The position numbers and the translations under genes are program-made. Of a stretch of DNA of 64,000 bases, positions 1 to 11,695 are shown in pieces. The stretch comes from Psilocybe cubensis (lineage: Eukaryota), in NCBI GenBank assembly GCA_017499595.2, contig CM039004.1:806001-870000 (forward strand), given 5' to 3'. The first letter of the stretch is position 1; each line of letters opens with the position of its first letter. The notes beneath the pieces are model-generated. The model searched no databases, was not told where the DNA came from, and saw only the letters and a program-made list of their open reading frames with translations.

Positions 1-131
1 CGACATCGTACGCACACCAACAACCCACACCTCCATCATCTTCGCAGCTCAGAGCTACGCACCGAAATAACGATACCACTTCAAACTTCACTTGAATCTT
101 GACCTTGACCTTGATTTTGACTTTAATTACG

Positions 132-1499
132 ATGCCAGCCGACCGCCGCGAACCACACAGCGCCAGCCCCCGCAAAGCTCAAACTAACGCAAGACTTCAC
201 CCCACATCTCCAGTATCTCCCGCACCACTCGCCTACCTCGCCGCCAAACACAACGCCCCCGCGAACCAGCGCTCAAAGGGCTTTCGCCCTGCGCGCGTTA
301 TCGCGCCTCCCGTTACCGTCGAGGGAGAGCGTGATGGCTTGGGAGGTGCGGACGCAGAGGGTGAGTGGGATGGGGATGGGGAGGGGAGGGGGAGTGGGGA
401 TGAAGGATATGCGAGAGGAGGAGGAGGGGGCAGAAGAAGAGGGGGAGCAGGGGAGAGCGACTCGGACTCGGACTCAGATGTGGAGAGTGTGAATGAGATC
501 GACGCGTTTGAGACAGAGACGGAGGAAGTTGACTATCTACAGCAGCACAATGAAGAGGATGAGGAGGAAGCAAGAGACATGCACGATTCAGAATCAAAAG
601 CCCGATATGAGCATGAACCCGCCAGTCCTCCCGCCGCCGCCGCCGCAGCAGCAGCAGCAGCACCTCGACAAGGGACGCAGTCCAACACGACACCCAAACC
701 CATCAAGTTCCGGCCCTTACGCATCCTCGCACGGCCCACAACGCCCGAGCCCAACCCACATACTGAAGAGCGGGGGTCCTCTGACTCTGGTTCGTCTCAC
801 GAGGACTCCTATGAGGATGACGAGGACGAAGACGACTATTCGGACTACGAAGGCAGCGAACGGAGAAGGAGGAGGAGGCGCTTGGACTCGGACTCGGACT
901 CGGAAGTGTCCAGCGTGAATGAGGCGGAGGCGTGGGAGACGGATGATGTCGATGAGCAGTGGGAGTTGGAGTTGGAGTATGAGGCCATGGAGAGGGCCTA
1001 TTATGCTGAGATGGCTGAGATGGAGTGGGAGATGGAAAGGGAGATGGAAAGGGAGATGGAAATCCCTCCAGAAGAACCAGAACCAGAGCTAGCGTCGAAC
1101 CTCGGAGACGACGACGACGACGACGACGACACAGCGCGTCTCGCAGAGGTAGAAGCAAAAATCGACGCGCTGTTGAAAGAAAGAAACGCGATTCTAGCCG
1201 CGCGCGCCCGGGACGGAAAGAAGAAGAAGCAGGCGCCTAACACTTCCCCTGTCCCTGGCCCTAATCCTATCCTTATCTTTACTCTGGGGCCTGCACCTAC
1301 ACCTACACCTGCACCCGTACAGATACCCGTACGGACACCCAAAACGCCTACACCTACGGACCCCACCAACACCAACACCGACAAGGACACGGACCCCGCC
1401 GCGCTGGACGTCAAAGCCGAAAAATGGGTCGCGTATCACGCAACGCTGGTGCAGAAATACGGGGATCAGTATCCCGGTTCGTACTCCTCTCTCCTCTAA
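132..1499 (+). CDS. Acidic low-complexity hypothetical protein with two copies of an S-D-S..V....E.(D/E)(D/E)VD motif
   Basis: Single long ORF (first ATG 132); D/E/S-rich; short coiled-coil-like segment (ARLAEVEAKIDALLKERN); motif shared with ORFs at 3431 and 6600. Confidence 0.65.
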   Translation: MPADRREPHSASPRKAQTNARLHPTSPVSPAPLAYLAAKHNAPANQRSKGFRPARVIAPPVTVEGERDGLGGADAEGEWDGDGEGRGSGDEGYARGGGGGRRRGGAGESDSDSDSDVESVNEIDAFETETEEVDYLQQHNEEDEEEARDMHDSESKARYEHEPASPPAAAAAAAAAAPRQGTQSNTTPKPIKFRPLRILARPTTPEPNPHTEERGSSDSGSSHEDSYEDDEDEDDYSDYEGSERRRRRRRLDSDSDSEVSSVNEAEAWETDDVDEQWELELEYEAMERAYYAEMAEMEWEMEREMEREMEIPPEEPEPELASNLGDDDDDDDDTARLAEVEAKIDALLKERNAILAARARDGKKKKQAPNTSPVPGPNPILIFTLGPAPTPTPAPVQIPVRTPKTPTPTDPTNTNTDKDTDPAALDVKAEKWVAYHATLVQKYGDQYPGSYSSLL

Positions 1500-3430
1500 G
1501 GTCTCTTTCTCCTTCTTGCGTATATGAAAACCTCTGTCTGTCCATGTACTTATCGCCTTACCATTTATATTTCCCTCTTACCAGCAAGCAAGAGCGAGAA
1601 CAAGATCCACCAGATCCTGCGCTACTTCGACAAGTGAGTGACTTTCCTCCAAACACACACAGAGCATCGATCATGGTTCATGGTTCACCTCCTTCCCGTC
1701 CTGCTTAATCTGACCAACTTCCAACCTCGTCAGCATGACAGAGTACGGACCATGCAGTACAACTTCAACGCGTCTTGAGCGGTGGGAGCGGGCGCGGGAT
1801 ATAGGGTTGAATCCTCCGATGGAGGTACGTACGTCTGTCTGTCTTGTGTCCAGTGTCCAGAGCCCACTCCACTTTGCACTTTCCATCGCGCGGTTGCTGA
1901 CTGGATCGGAATAACAGATCTTCGAGATCCTCAACACAGTACAGGGAAAAACGGACGAGAGATATGCTATGTCCGTGTTCAACCTGAAAGCCAAAGCGAA
2001 TGTTACAGAATTCAGAGGGGAATATTAGGGTGATTGGACTTTCAATTTGGGAATTTGGAGTCTTGAGCTTGCAGTCTTGGACGTTGGAGGTATTTAATTT
2101 AAGGTTATGTCATGTTTGTGTCGCGCTGGACGCGTGTTCTGCTTTTCTTTTCCTTTTCGTTCCGTGATGTACTATTGAATGTGAATCGCGATTACTAGCC
2201 GCTACGAGTAGTAGAGCAATCTTTCGGAGAACTCGGAGAATTCTGAAGATCCCACGACATAGCAGACTAGCAGCAGTCAAGCCAAGCCAAGTCAACGCCA
2301 GCATCAAAAAGGGGTATACTCCAAGAAGAAGAGGTCGCGCAGATTCACACTGCATACTCGTGGCAGTTTCAACTATAGAGAGCGGGATGGTCGGGATGTG
2401 GGTGACACCAGCACCGGCACTCAAGATGCGAGTAGCGGGTACGGGAGAACGACAGATTCCGCAATCGCTCTCTATGCGGAACTGGCAATTAACAATGAGC
2501 GGGGAGCAATGGGCGGGCAGCGGGGAGTATGCTCTGAGGTCTGGTTTTCTGGGGTCAAGTTCAAGTTCGAATTCAAGTCACGGCGGACGTGCGGCATCTG
2601 AGTTGTAGGATGGATCATGGATAGTCTCGAGTAACAGGAGACTTTGCAATTGGGAGGGATATAATGATTTAATGGACGCTGAAACTCGCCAACTGCTCAT
2701 AGAGCATCAGCCGAGCATTGACAGGCTCCAGACGTGGAGTCCAAGCCCATATCCAGAAAATTGGAGCAGAGATTCGATTTTGATTTTCTCAGATCCGACG
2801 TGTTTTTGGTGCTCAGGCAGCAGCTGGACGACATGCACGGTCCAAGTCAAGTCCAGGTATCAATGAGATCGAGTGGGCATCTGAGATAGTGAGGCACTCG
2901 ATAGATAGAGAAAAAGTGTGTTGTGGTCGAGTGGGCGGTCAATAGGATCAAACATTGTCGTGGGTGAGAGCAAAGGGTGGGCAAGACTGCAAAGTAGACG
3001 TCACAGCAAAATTGCTGCAAAGTGGCAAAGTGCAAACAAACAAACAAACAACATCTGTACGTAAGCGAAGCGGCGCGTTTGATTGGCTGGATCGGAGATG
3101 TTGTGTTTGTTTGTTTCTGCTTGGTTCTAATTTGGTTCCCACTTAACTCTTGCTTTCAACTCGAAGTCCAGGTATACCCTTGCCAGCGTATTTGCCTTGT
3201 CCATTTGTTCGCCTTTGCCTTTGAAAGATGAAATGCGAAAGATATTCCAATTTACAATCACAGCGAAGAAGAACGTCAACATCACCGTCATCAAGTTCTC
3301 ACTTACTACACCTCAAACGGCGCAAAGATTATTGTAGGTTGCCTGCCTCATGTCATAAAACCAGCATCACACTGACCCTCTTTCGGGATCCACAGAGTCA
3401 GCAAGCATTGAAGTCATTGATACAAGCCGC

Positions 3431-3658
3431 ATGCCTGACCCTCAGTTAGCGGATACTGAAGTTCCAGATGCTTTTGGTGCACCCTTATCCCGTTCTATTT
3501 CATGCGACTCGAGCGTCTTGACTTTGACCGATTTGAACACCAATTTTGAGGAGGACGATGTTGATGAGCAATGTGAGGCAGAGATTACACGCACTGCTAG
3601 GCCTACTAACAATGAGGTGGTGGCCGCAGCCTTGGCCGCGACCACTGCATTGACTTAG
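3431..3658 (+). CDS. Small acidic protein (EEDDVDEQ motif family); may have an upstream exon
   Basis: SISCDSSVLTLTDLNTNFEEDDVDEQCEA aligns with the 6600 ORF; true start uncertain. Confidence 0.55.
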   Translation: MPDPQLADTEVPDAFGAPLSRSISCDSSVLTLTDLNTNFEEDDVDEQCEAEITRTARPTNNEVVAAALAATTALT

Positions 3659-4372
3659 ACTACACTCGTATTTACTTTTTTTAGAAAGATCAGTGGGGAT
3701 TTTTTTTTCTTTGTAACATTTCTGTAGTAAGAAAGGAGGAATAGTGCATGTACTTTCCCTTCAGTAGTCGGCGTTAGAGAAACCGATGACGCCTCCAGGA
3801 TTGTATCCCAAAGTGTAATATAATGATGTAGTCGCGTGATAGCCATACATCATCGCAATGCAGTAATCTATCGTCATTGACTTCCTTTGGTTCTTATTTG
3901 TGCTGAACGATGACTGTAGCAAATTACGTCCAGAAAATCTATCAAAGACGCCTTGCGTAGAAGCTAGAAGTGGCTATACCCGTTCTGTATTTGATATTTC
4001 TCAAGCTATTCAATTCCAATTTTATTGCTATAACGTTTGAATATACTTGCAGAGTATAATAATACAATTACTAGAGTGACTCCTGACAAGCCAAGTATGA
4101 CACATCGAGTTGAGCAATGTGATAATGGCCTTGACAAATCATCTAGAATGATAATGACATTGACAAATCAGGATAGTAAACGACATTATTGAGTTATTCT
4201 ACAAAAGCTCAAGCAAAGCCCACGACTGTAAACACCTCATCGAGAATATGAGCAACGAGAAACGTTTAACCTCGTGTCGATAAACATGCCATTCAAACAT
4301 ACCAATAACAACGAAAGGAGTGAAAGAATTATATTACACACGAGAAATTAGTCACAATGCCCATCCCAAATA

Positions 4373-5349
4373 CAGTTGAGGACAATCAAAGACATCAATT
4401 TTTTTGCACGAATTATGTAGACTATGACAAACATGTAGGGTGCCTAGAAACTGTTTAAATAGGTAATACTACGTCTAATTAAACGATTTGCACGAGCAGA
4501 TTTTTCAGATTCAACTTTTTTGGAAAAAATTTCTCAAAAAATTTGGCGGTGGTCAAAAAAATTCGCTAAATTCTCGAAAAATTCATTTTTGGATAGCTTT
4601 TGATATTCTGGGTTCGCGCCTGAAATATCGAAAAAATTTATCGAGCCATTCCCCTTAAATAAATTCGGCAAGATGCCACCTAACGGCAGACCACCCAAGC
4701 AAATGAGGAACATTTCCGGCCTAACACGATAACTTTCTCAATCTTCTTTCTCTCAAGGCCATGAATGCATTTTGAGTGAAAATTCCATTGGAAATTGAAC
4801 CCTGTAGAACTGGCAAGCTATTATACTTTTTAGCTATGGCTACTCCTATTCATAAACTATGTCTATAGTGCTGGGGATGACTGTGCAATACTGCTGTTGT
4901 GAAGTTGAAAAAAAGACATTTCAAGAAGCAGCTAGGATACAGAATCTGAGGGAAAAAAAAACATCTTGAAGCACTTCCAAAGCATGTTCCACCAATAATA
5001 TTTGTTGTTTCATCAATTCCTCCTGGCACTTTACGGGTGCTTATCTTGATTTGACGGCGAGTACAGCGGTGTGGGCAGTGAGAAAGCAAAAGTAGGCCAG
5101 CCGATTTTGCAGCGAGTAATTCGTGGTAAAATTTGGAGTCGCCGAGCTGCCCGGCACCAAGTAACATGACTATATTTTGAAATTTTTTGGCCAAAAAATT
5201 TGGCGGTGGTCAAAACCTCGTGGGAATTTTACGAAAAGTGTGTTTTTAGACGCTATTTGACTGTCCGAGTTCGAATCCGTCGTTAGTTTTTGCCAGAAAA
5301 TTCGCGTTCCTGAGATACGAAAATTGATGTCTTTGATTGTCCTCAACTA
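4373..5349 (+). mobile_element. Internally deleted, non-autonomous Tc1/mariner-superfamily DNA transposon
   Basis: 30-bp TIRs CAGTTGAGGACAATCAAAGACATCAATTTT (4373-4402 / 5320-5349, 29/30); TA on both flanks; decayed transposase-like pieces MPPNGRPPKQMRNISGL (~4673), KFHWKLNPVE (~4780), AVWAVRKQK (~5070). Confidence 0.85.
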
Positions 5350-5772
5350 TACAACATTCTTAGGTAATTATAGGTGGGGAGAGCCTTACTTACAGCAAGG
5401 CGACGTAGGTCGATGGGGATTGCCGATCTCCCCGACATTCTCGGGAGTTGCTATTCAATACAAGGTGCTAAGATCCAAATTATTTACGAAAAGCAGACCC
5501 AAATGAACCACAACAAACCATATCATGGCTGTGTATATAAATGACTAGGGGCCCAATAATCTCGTCTCATACGGTCTCCCATTATCATGATTTGGTATTT
5601 ACTCAGACGAAGTCGAGTGTTGACCAAAGATTAACAATGACCACAGTCAATTCAGACTAGCTCAAAATACTAATATTACCATCAAATACACTACAAGGAA
5701 CCCTGCCATTGGCAGTGGGGATACTGCTCCCCAGGGAACGACCTCCACTAGCTGGATCCAGACGCGGCTATT

Positions 5773-6565
5773 AGGGGAGGTCAGAGTGGACGATTCGGAG
5801 GCGATTCAGCGACACGATTCAGAGACGATTCTGGTCATCAAAAGCGTGGGAAGACGCTGAATCGCCTCAGAACGTGAATCGCCGAATCGCTGAATCGTCT
5901 CTGAATCGTCGAAGCGGCTCCAGAGCCGCTTCGACGATTCAGAGACGATTCAACAGCTTGATTCTACTCAGCAGAATCGAGCAGTATTTAATTTATTAAT
6001 TATTTTCAATTTACCTAATTGTATATTTGATCTTGACATGATCAAGATTTTTCTCCATCATCGTGAGGGCTGGTGTGATACACAGACTCTTTCTGTGAGG
6101 CTCTCACTATGGCCGCCAAAAATTCGAGCCGTACAACTCGTTCAGCATCGTCAAAATCGCTCAGCAAGACCACGTTACCCAAGAAACCTACCAAAACACA
6201 GGCCAAAAAAGCAAAATCTACACGGCGGGCCAAACAGAAGGAGGCTGAGGTGCTTGTAGAGTCATCGGATGGAGAATCGGATTGTTCTGAGATAGAGAAC
6301 GAGGCAGAAGGAGAGGATCTATCCAAATGCTCGATTGAGTGCGTACAAAACCTTCTCTCAAACTACTTTTAAACAACTTTTATTATCAGTTGGCACAAAG
6401 ACCATCCGTGAATCGCCTACTGAATTGAAGGTGAATCAAAGTTTTGAAATGGGGGGGTCAGAGTGAATCGCGCTTCGGAAGCAAATTTCTGCGTCAGAAT
6501 CGGTCTTGAATCCTGACCTGAATCGTTCGCAAATCGCCTCCGAATCGTCCACTCTGACCTCCCCT
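5773..6565. mobile_element. MITE / non-autonomous TIR element (~0.8 kb)
   Basis: Perfect 35-bp inverted repeat TAGGGGAGGTCAGAGTGGACGATTCGGAGGCGATT (5772-5806 vs 6532-6566); ATT (or TA) target duplication; many subterminal GATTC/GAATC repeats; internal K-rich then acidic ORF 6109-6372. Confidence 0.9.
5891..5952. repeat. Perfect hairpin, 30-bp arms with 2-nt loop, inside the MITE
   Basis: TGAATCGTCTCTGAATCGTCGAAGCGGCTC-CA-GAGCCGCTTCGACGATTCAGAGACGATTCA. Confidence 0.95.
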
Positions 6566-6599
6566 ATTGTTCGTTCGGATTCCAGGCACTCAAACTGCA

Positions 6600-6872
6600 A
6601 TGCTTGTCATAGACCGCACACCTGCGCTCATGATAGAGGGTGCAGCGAGCTCTGGGAAATCTAATTCCGAGCAATCCACACGCTCAGACGTCTCCCGATG
6701 CTCCAGCGCTTATAGCAATATCTCGAGCGACTCGACCGTTTCGACCATGCATGATATGATCGACCAGTTCGAGGAAGACGACGTCGACGAACAAATGGAG
6801 GCCATGGCGCGCGAGCACGCGGGGATGTCGGGAGACGGAGAAGGCATGGGTGCAATGGGAGTTGATAATTGA
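6600..6872 (+). CDS. Small acidic protein (EEDDVDEQ motif family), probably the 3' part of a MITE-interrupted gene
   Basis: NISSDSTVSTMHDMIDQFEEDDVDEQMEA; frame stays open back to 5624 when the MITE is removed. Confidence 0.55.
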   Translation: MLVIDRTPALMIEGAASSGKSNSEQSTRSDVSRCSSAYSNISSDSTVSTMHDMIDQFEEDDVDEQMEAMAREHAGMSGDGEGMGAMGVDN

Positions 6873-8431
6873 GTTCACAGAGAAAGAGGGTCTCTGGTTT
6901 GAAGTCAGCGGTATGCTGCCCTCCGGTTTTGTGCCCATTGCTCCGGGGATGATAGTCTCTCTCTTAGATGCATTGGCAAATTGAACTATTCTCGACGACG
7001 ACACAGGCAAATTTAAAGCGCTCTGTATGCATTAAACGGACCCGGGAAACTAAATAAACTAGACGCGATATCTGAAATGTATATAGAGATAGAATCAACC
7101 TGTATCCTGATCAAGGAGGCAGTATATTTTTAAGACGAGATGTATACAGTGTCGCAATAAAGTTTCTTTGTATACGATGTGAAGGTTTATTGACTTCAAG
7201 TATGAGTTAAGTCATCAAAGGCTGCGTTCAAGGTGTATTTAGACTTTGGAATTAAATGCACTACTCCTTAAATCGGCACACCACCGTGCCCCACTGGATA
7301 TATGACCTCAATGGTCGTAGAAAAGCAACAGGCCAACGAAAACGAGTTCGTGACCGAGTCCGCCATCTCAAAAAATTGAACTCACGAATGCTTTTTTCCT
7401 TCTCCCAACATTCTCCTAACCCAACGAGCTAGTATCTTAAGCAGTATTGATGTACCGATTGGGATCTCTCATGCTCTCAGCTGATTACCAAATCGTCGGA
7501 ACATTATCGCGACTCACGCGTCACGGTCAAACTACGCGTGACGACGAAGAAAAATGTCAATGAAACCGCCTCTGTTCTGTTATACCACAGCGCTTCCCCT
7601 CCAGATTCCAGACCCTGTTTTTTTCTCTCATCAAACGGAAAGCAGTCATCAGGTTTAGATTCGCCTGGAATATTGCCTCCGGACACGTAGCCGACAAGAA
7701 GGGATGATGGTGCTATGGAAGCAGGAGCAAAGGATGCCCAACCAACTCACTCCTCTCAGACATGACCCCAGCCACATTTTGAAGAACACGACGTCGAAGT
7801 TTAGCGGGGACGGAAGATGATATGTCATGAGATTTTCATTGATGCTGGGAAAACAGTAGGTATTCCTACTTACATTGTACGTATAGCCTCGTTCAAACGC
7901 TTCTAGCAAAGATTACTGACATCGTTTTAATGGGACCCACAACTTAAGTCTTAAAGAACCTATTACATGCTGCATTATGGCCTGCTATGACTCCTCAACT
8001 GCACGTTTCGAGGTAAGGTTCGATCGCGCTTTTCCTGAAAGGCTGTTAATTTCTTTGGCACGTAACATTTGTATAGGGGTTCGGCTGCCAGTAATGTGCG
8101 AAATTACATGCGCGAATTGCATGTCGTGGCAATGGACAACATATCATCTATACAAGCGATAAGACAAACCAAGCTATTCCGAAATGTGGTTGCTTCGTCG
8201 ATTGCGTTCTAGTAACACCACTCACTACCTCCGGCAAATACTTCAGGATGTTGTTCCGGCTCGAGATCTCCGACAACATGCCGCTGCCATACGACGCCAG
8301 ATGAAATGACCAGGCGCTTAGGGTTATAACCGCAATTCTTTCAGCATGTCAGGATATACTTGGGAACAACGTGCCTACGTATATATATCGCAGCAAACAG
8401 ATTCTATCATGACTCACGACTGAGGCCAGAC

Positions 8432-10131
8432 ATGGACATTACAACCCCTGAGATGCGACGCCGTCCTGATACTTCGCTCTCGACAGAGACGCAGATCAAA
8501 GTGGAGCCAAGCCGCTATAGCAATGTCGCTCAATTGCCTGTCACAACACTGCCAGGTCGCCCTGTATCCCCGACTCAGACCGGCCCTCATGAAGAGGGAT
8601 CGACCAAGGAAGCCTATTCTGCCAACATGCATCAGCGTCGACTTATCAAATACTGGATCCTCTCCTCCATTGCATTCTGCATCATAATGCCTTTGTTATC
8701 CATTCTTCTCGGCTTTTTCTTGCACACGAAAGGTCTCAGCTACACCTCTCCAGCGGGAAGCTTTGGAGGAAGGAATCTGTCGATCAGCGCGTATCTTATT
8801 TCAGCAGACCCTACATCATCGGTGATAACTTTCGATTGGGGTGTGGACACCGACACATGCATTCTAGAGTCAAAGACCGTTGGTGAATGTACCGACGTGA
8901 ATATTTTTTTTGACAAGTAAGCTTTCTACCTCCACAAAACAACTCGCAATATTGTCTGAATGTTTGGGAATAATTAGCAACCTTTTGGACAATTCTGACG
9001 ACAACAACAATGGCGTGCCTAGCACTGACGTTCCCTCCACGCCCCTGTTCCGTTTCAACGCTACTGCCTTTTCGTCGGATTTTAGAGCCAACACTCCTAC
9101 CTTCCGAACCAATATACGTTTATTTCAAAAAGGCACCCCTCGCCGCTTGTCCCTAGTAAACTACCCATTTGATACGTGAGCACCTTTTTATATTCCTCAA
9201 CAAGTGATACTTACGTGTTTCTATTCCCAAATAATAGCTACGCTGCCACCGTCTTCATGTATGCACAAGACAGCAACAATAAACCAGTCAATCTCCATCT
9301 CGACATTGTGGGAGGTACTGCCGTGTAAGTACCATCATCAACAAGATGCATCTATACTAATGGCGACATCACATCCAGTGGTTTCTCGGTGTCGCTGCTA
9401 ACTTCGAACCAGCCAAACTCTGGGCTGGAATCGGAGGTTATTAACACAGTAATCAACGTTCAGAGAGGTTCTTTGATTATTGCGTTCTGTGTGATTATCA
9501 CCATTGCAATTTGTCAGCTATATACCTTTTTTAAACCGGAATACTTGCACTCATACTCATGTTTCTGCTATTTCAGGGATTATCACATTGGCATTATTCC
9601 TTCTTTCGTTCACCGCCGTCGTCTTTGGTTTCCGCCAGCGTACAGAGGTCTTAATCATTCCTGTTGCCACTGTGTTTGCCTTCACCCAGTTGCGTGGCAG
9701 TATGCCAGGTGCCCCACCCGGATTTGGTGTGTCCTGCAATCGTTAAGACCTCCAACGTGTAACTTACCACCCATATAGGCGATGTTCTCGGTTGGTACCC
9801 GCTTGCCGGGCTTTACTTGAAAATTTTAATGTGCTAACGGCGGGTTTACTGCAGACTTTGTCGGCCTACTACCTTGCCTCGGAATTCTCAGCTTCTCAGT
9901 AAGAAAGTTTCTGTCTGGCCTCAAAGCAAAATTTGATTGTCTTTATAGTGCGCTTTGACACTGGGAGCGCTGTTAATCACAGACCCCACAGAAAAAGAAG
10001 TGTTAACGTGGGATATGGTTAAGCGTACGTACTACACCCTGTTGATAATGTCATTGTCTCTAAAAGGTTCAACAGCGGAAATTTTGCCTGCTCTGGGGAT
10101 CAAGAGGAGACTTGCCAGTCAACTAGCATAG
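8432..10131 (+). CDS. DUF4436-like multi-pass membrane protein (spliced)
   Basis: N-terminal TM, NYPFD motif, C-terminal TMs with IPVATVFAFTQLRGSMPGAPPGFG and DFVGLLPCL; several short GT-AG introns. Confidence 0.7.
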
Positions 10132-10459
10132 TTGGATGGAGGTTGTTGTACATAGGGAATTGACTCGGGAAAGTTCTGGTATTCAACGTCACATCATGTT
10201 TGGAGTGTATGCATGCAATTCCTGCAACGAAGACTTTCTCGAAAACCAATTGATTTCAATGAATCATTACCTGATTGATGTTTTTGAGGATCAATGAGGC
10301 TTGAGGGGAGTGGCCCCTTCTGCTGACTTGTATTTGAAAACTGGTATGTGCAATATATTTTTTTGTCCTTATGGACAATGTCACCAGTTACTCGATTTAG
10401 TTCAAATCTTTACCGCACGCCGCCTATTACCATCGCGGACAAACCTATTCTCCTCGATT

Positions 10460-11641
10460 TTACTGTGTGGGGAGGGAGCCCACATCCACTGCTGGGATCT
10501 GTCCAGTAGCTGGCCGACTGAAGGTCGCGTTGAGGGGCACATAATCTGAGAAGAAGCCCCCATTACGAAGGTAGAAACGGCCATTTTCGACTCCTCCAGC
10601 GTAGTCCATGCGTTGCGCGTTGTTTGCAGTGGCATCTCCGGTGTAGTATCCAGTTGTGAGCTCTGTCCAGGTTCCGTTTAGATTGCGACCCCACTGGTTA
10701 CCGTACAGAGCACGCCGGCCCGTATAACCCTTGGTGTCAATGAAATTCTCAAGGAAAGAATGGGTACCGGACTGATATGCGGTAGTGGCCGGACGCTTCC
10801 AGGTGGCAATGTAGCGCCAGGTATTTAGCTCTGGGGCGAAGAACCAAGCAGAGTACAGAGTGCTTCCAGCGCCATCGGGACGAATACGGGTGATGAATTT
10901 GTAAGTGTTACCGGCGATCCAATTGAATACGAGATATGTTTGACCACCACTTCCTTCATGATCAAAGCTGTTGTCGACGACTCCCGCGCCCTTGCTGACG
11001 AGCGTAGTCTTCTGTCCATTGTCCGCGTCCCATACAGAGAAGAGGACCCATCGGTCATTCTCGCGGACCTGGATGCCTGAATATCCTCCATCAAATCCCG
11101 CGGCCATGAAGTACGAGCCGACGACGTCTTGACCGACTGGAACTGTCACTTCGTTGTAGAAGTAGTCGTTGTTGGGTGGGATAGTGTAGTTCATATGGAC
11201 TGATGGTCCGCGACGCGACCAGTAAAAATTGGCGGGGTCGTTGGCAAAATTGGTTGCCGAAGAAGTAGTGATGCTCAGGCCCGACACATCGCCAAAGTAT
11301 CCTCCGTCCTTGGTCACTCCTTGAAGGTCGACCTTCACGTATCCAGGAGCAGCTACGCTAACAGTCCCTACAGGATACGTCTTAGGAGTCGTTCCGGATA
11401 GCTGAACGTTGAACGCTGTCCCGTTGATGGTGACTTTGACGGTACTGTTGTTACTGCCCGCCAGATACGCGTTTAATCCGACTGTAACTGCGCCTGCAGA
11501 AGCCATACGGAAGTACGCGCTGGTGATGGTGCTTGCGCTGTTCCAGTTGGCCAGGCCGTTGTCGTTGATGACTTCGCTTGCGCCTGTCGCAGCGGTGGTA
11601 ATGAAGGCATTGCCTGCAAATGCTACTGTTTTCGTTGACAT
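10460..11641 (-). CDS. Intronless DUF5077 + DUF3472-like beta-rich protein of bacterial type
   Basis: Uninterrupted ORF from ATG 11641; motifs FYWSRRGPSVH, FYNEVTVP.GQD..GSYFMA.GF.GGY.GIQ, VLFSVWD, EGSGGQ, HSFLENF, RMDYAGG. Confidence 0.8.
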   Translation of the reverse strand: MSTKTVAFAGNAFITTAATGASEVINDNGLANWNSASTITSAYFRMASAGAVTVGLNAYLAGSNNSTVKVTINGTAFNVQLSGTTPKTYPVGTVSVAAPGYVKVDLQGVTKDGGYFGDVSGLSITTSSATNFANDPANFYWSRRGPSVHMNYTIPPNNDYFYNEVTVPVGQDVVGSYFMAAGFDGGYSGIQVRENDRWVLFSVWDADNGQKTTLVSKGAGVVDNSFDHEGSGGQTYLVFNWIAGNTYKFITRIRPDGAGSTLYSAWFFAPELNTWRYIATWKRPATTAYQSGTHSFLENFIDTKGYTGRRALYGNQWGRNLNGTWTELTTGYYTGDATANNAQRMDYAGGVENGRFYLRNGGFFSDYVPLNATFSRPATGQIPAVDVGSLPTQ

Positions 11642-11695
11642 TGTGAAACTGTTGAGAGGTAGGAGCTGTTTTTTGAGCGCGTTCAAGCAGTGTAC

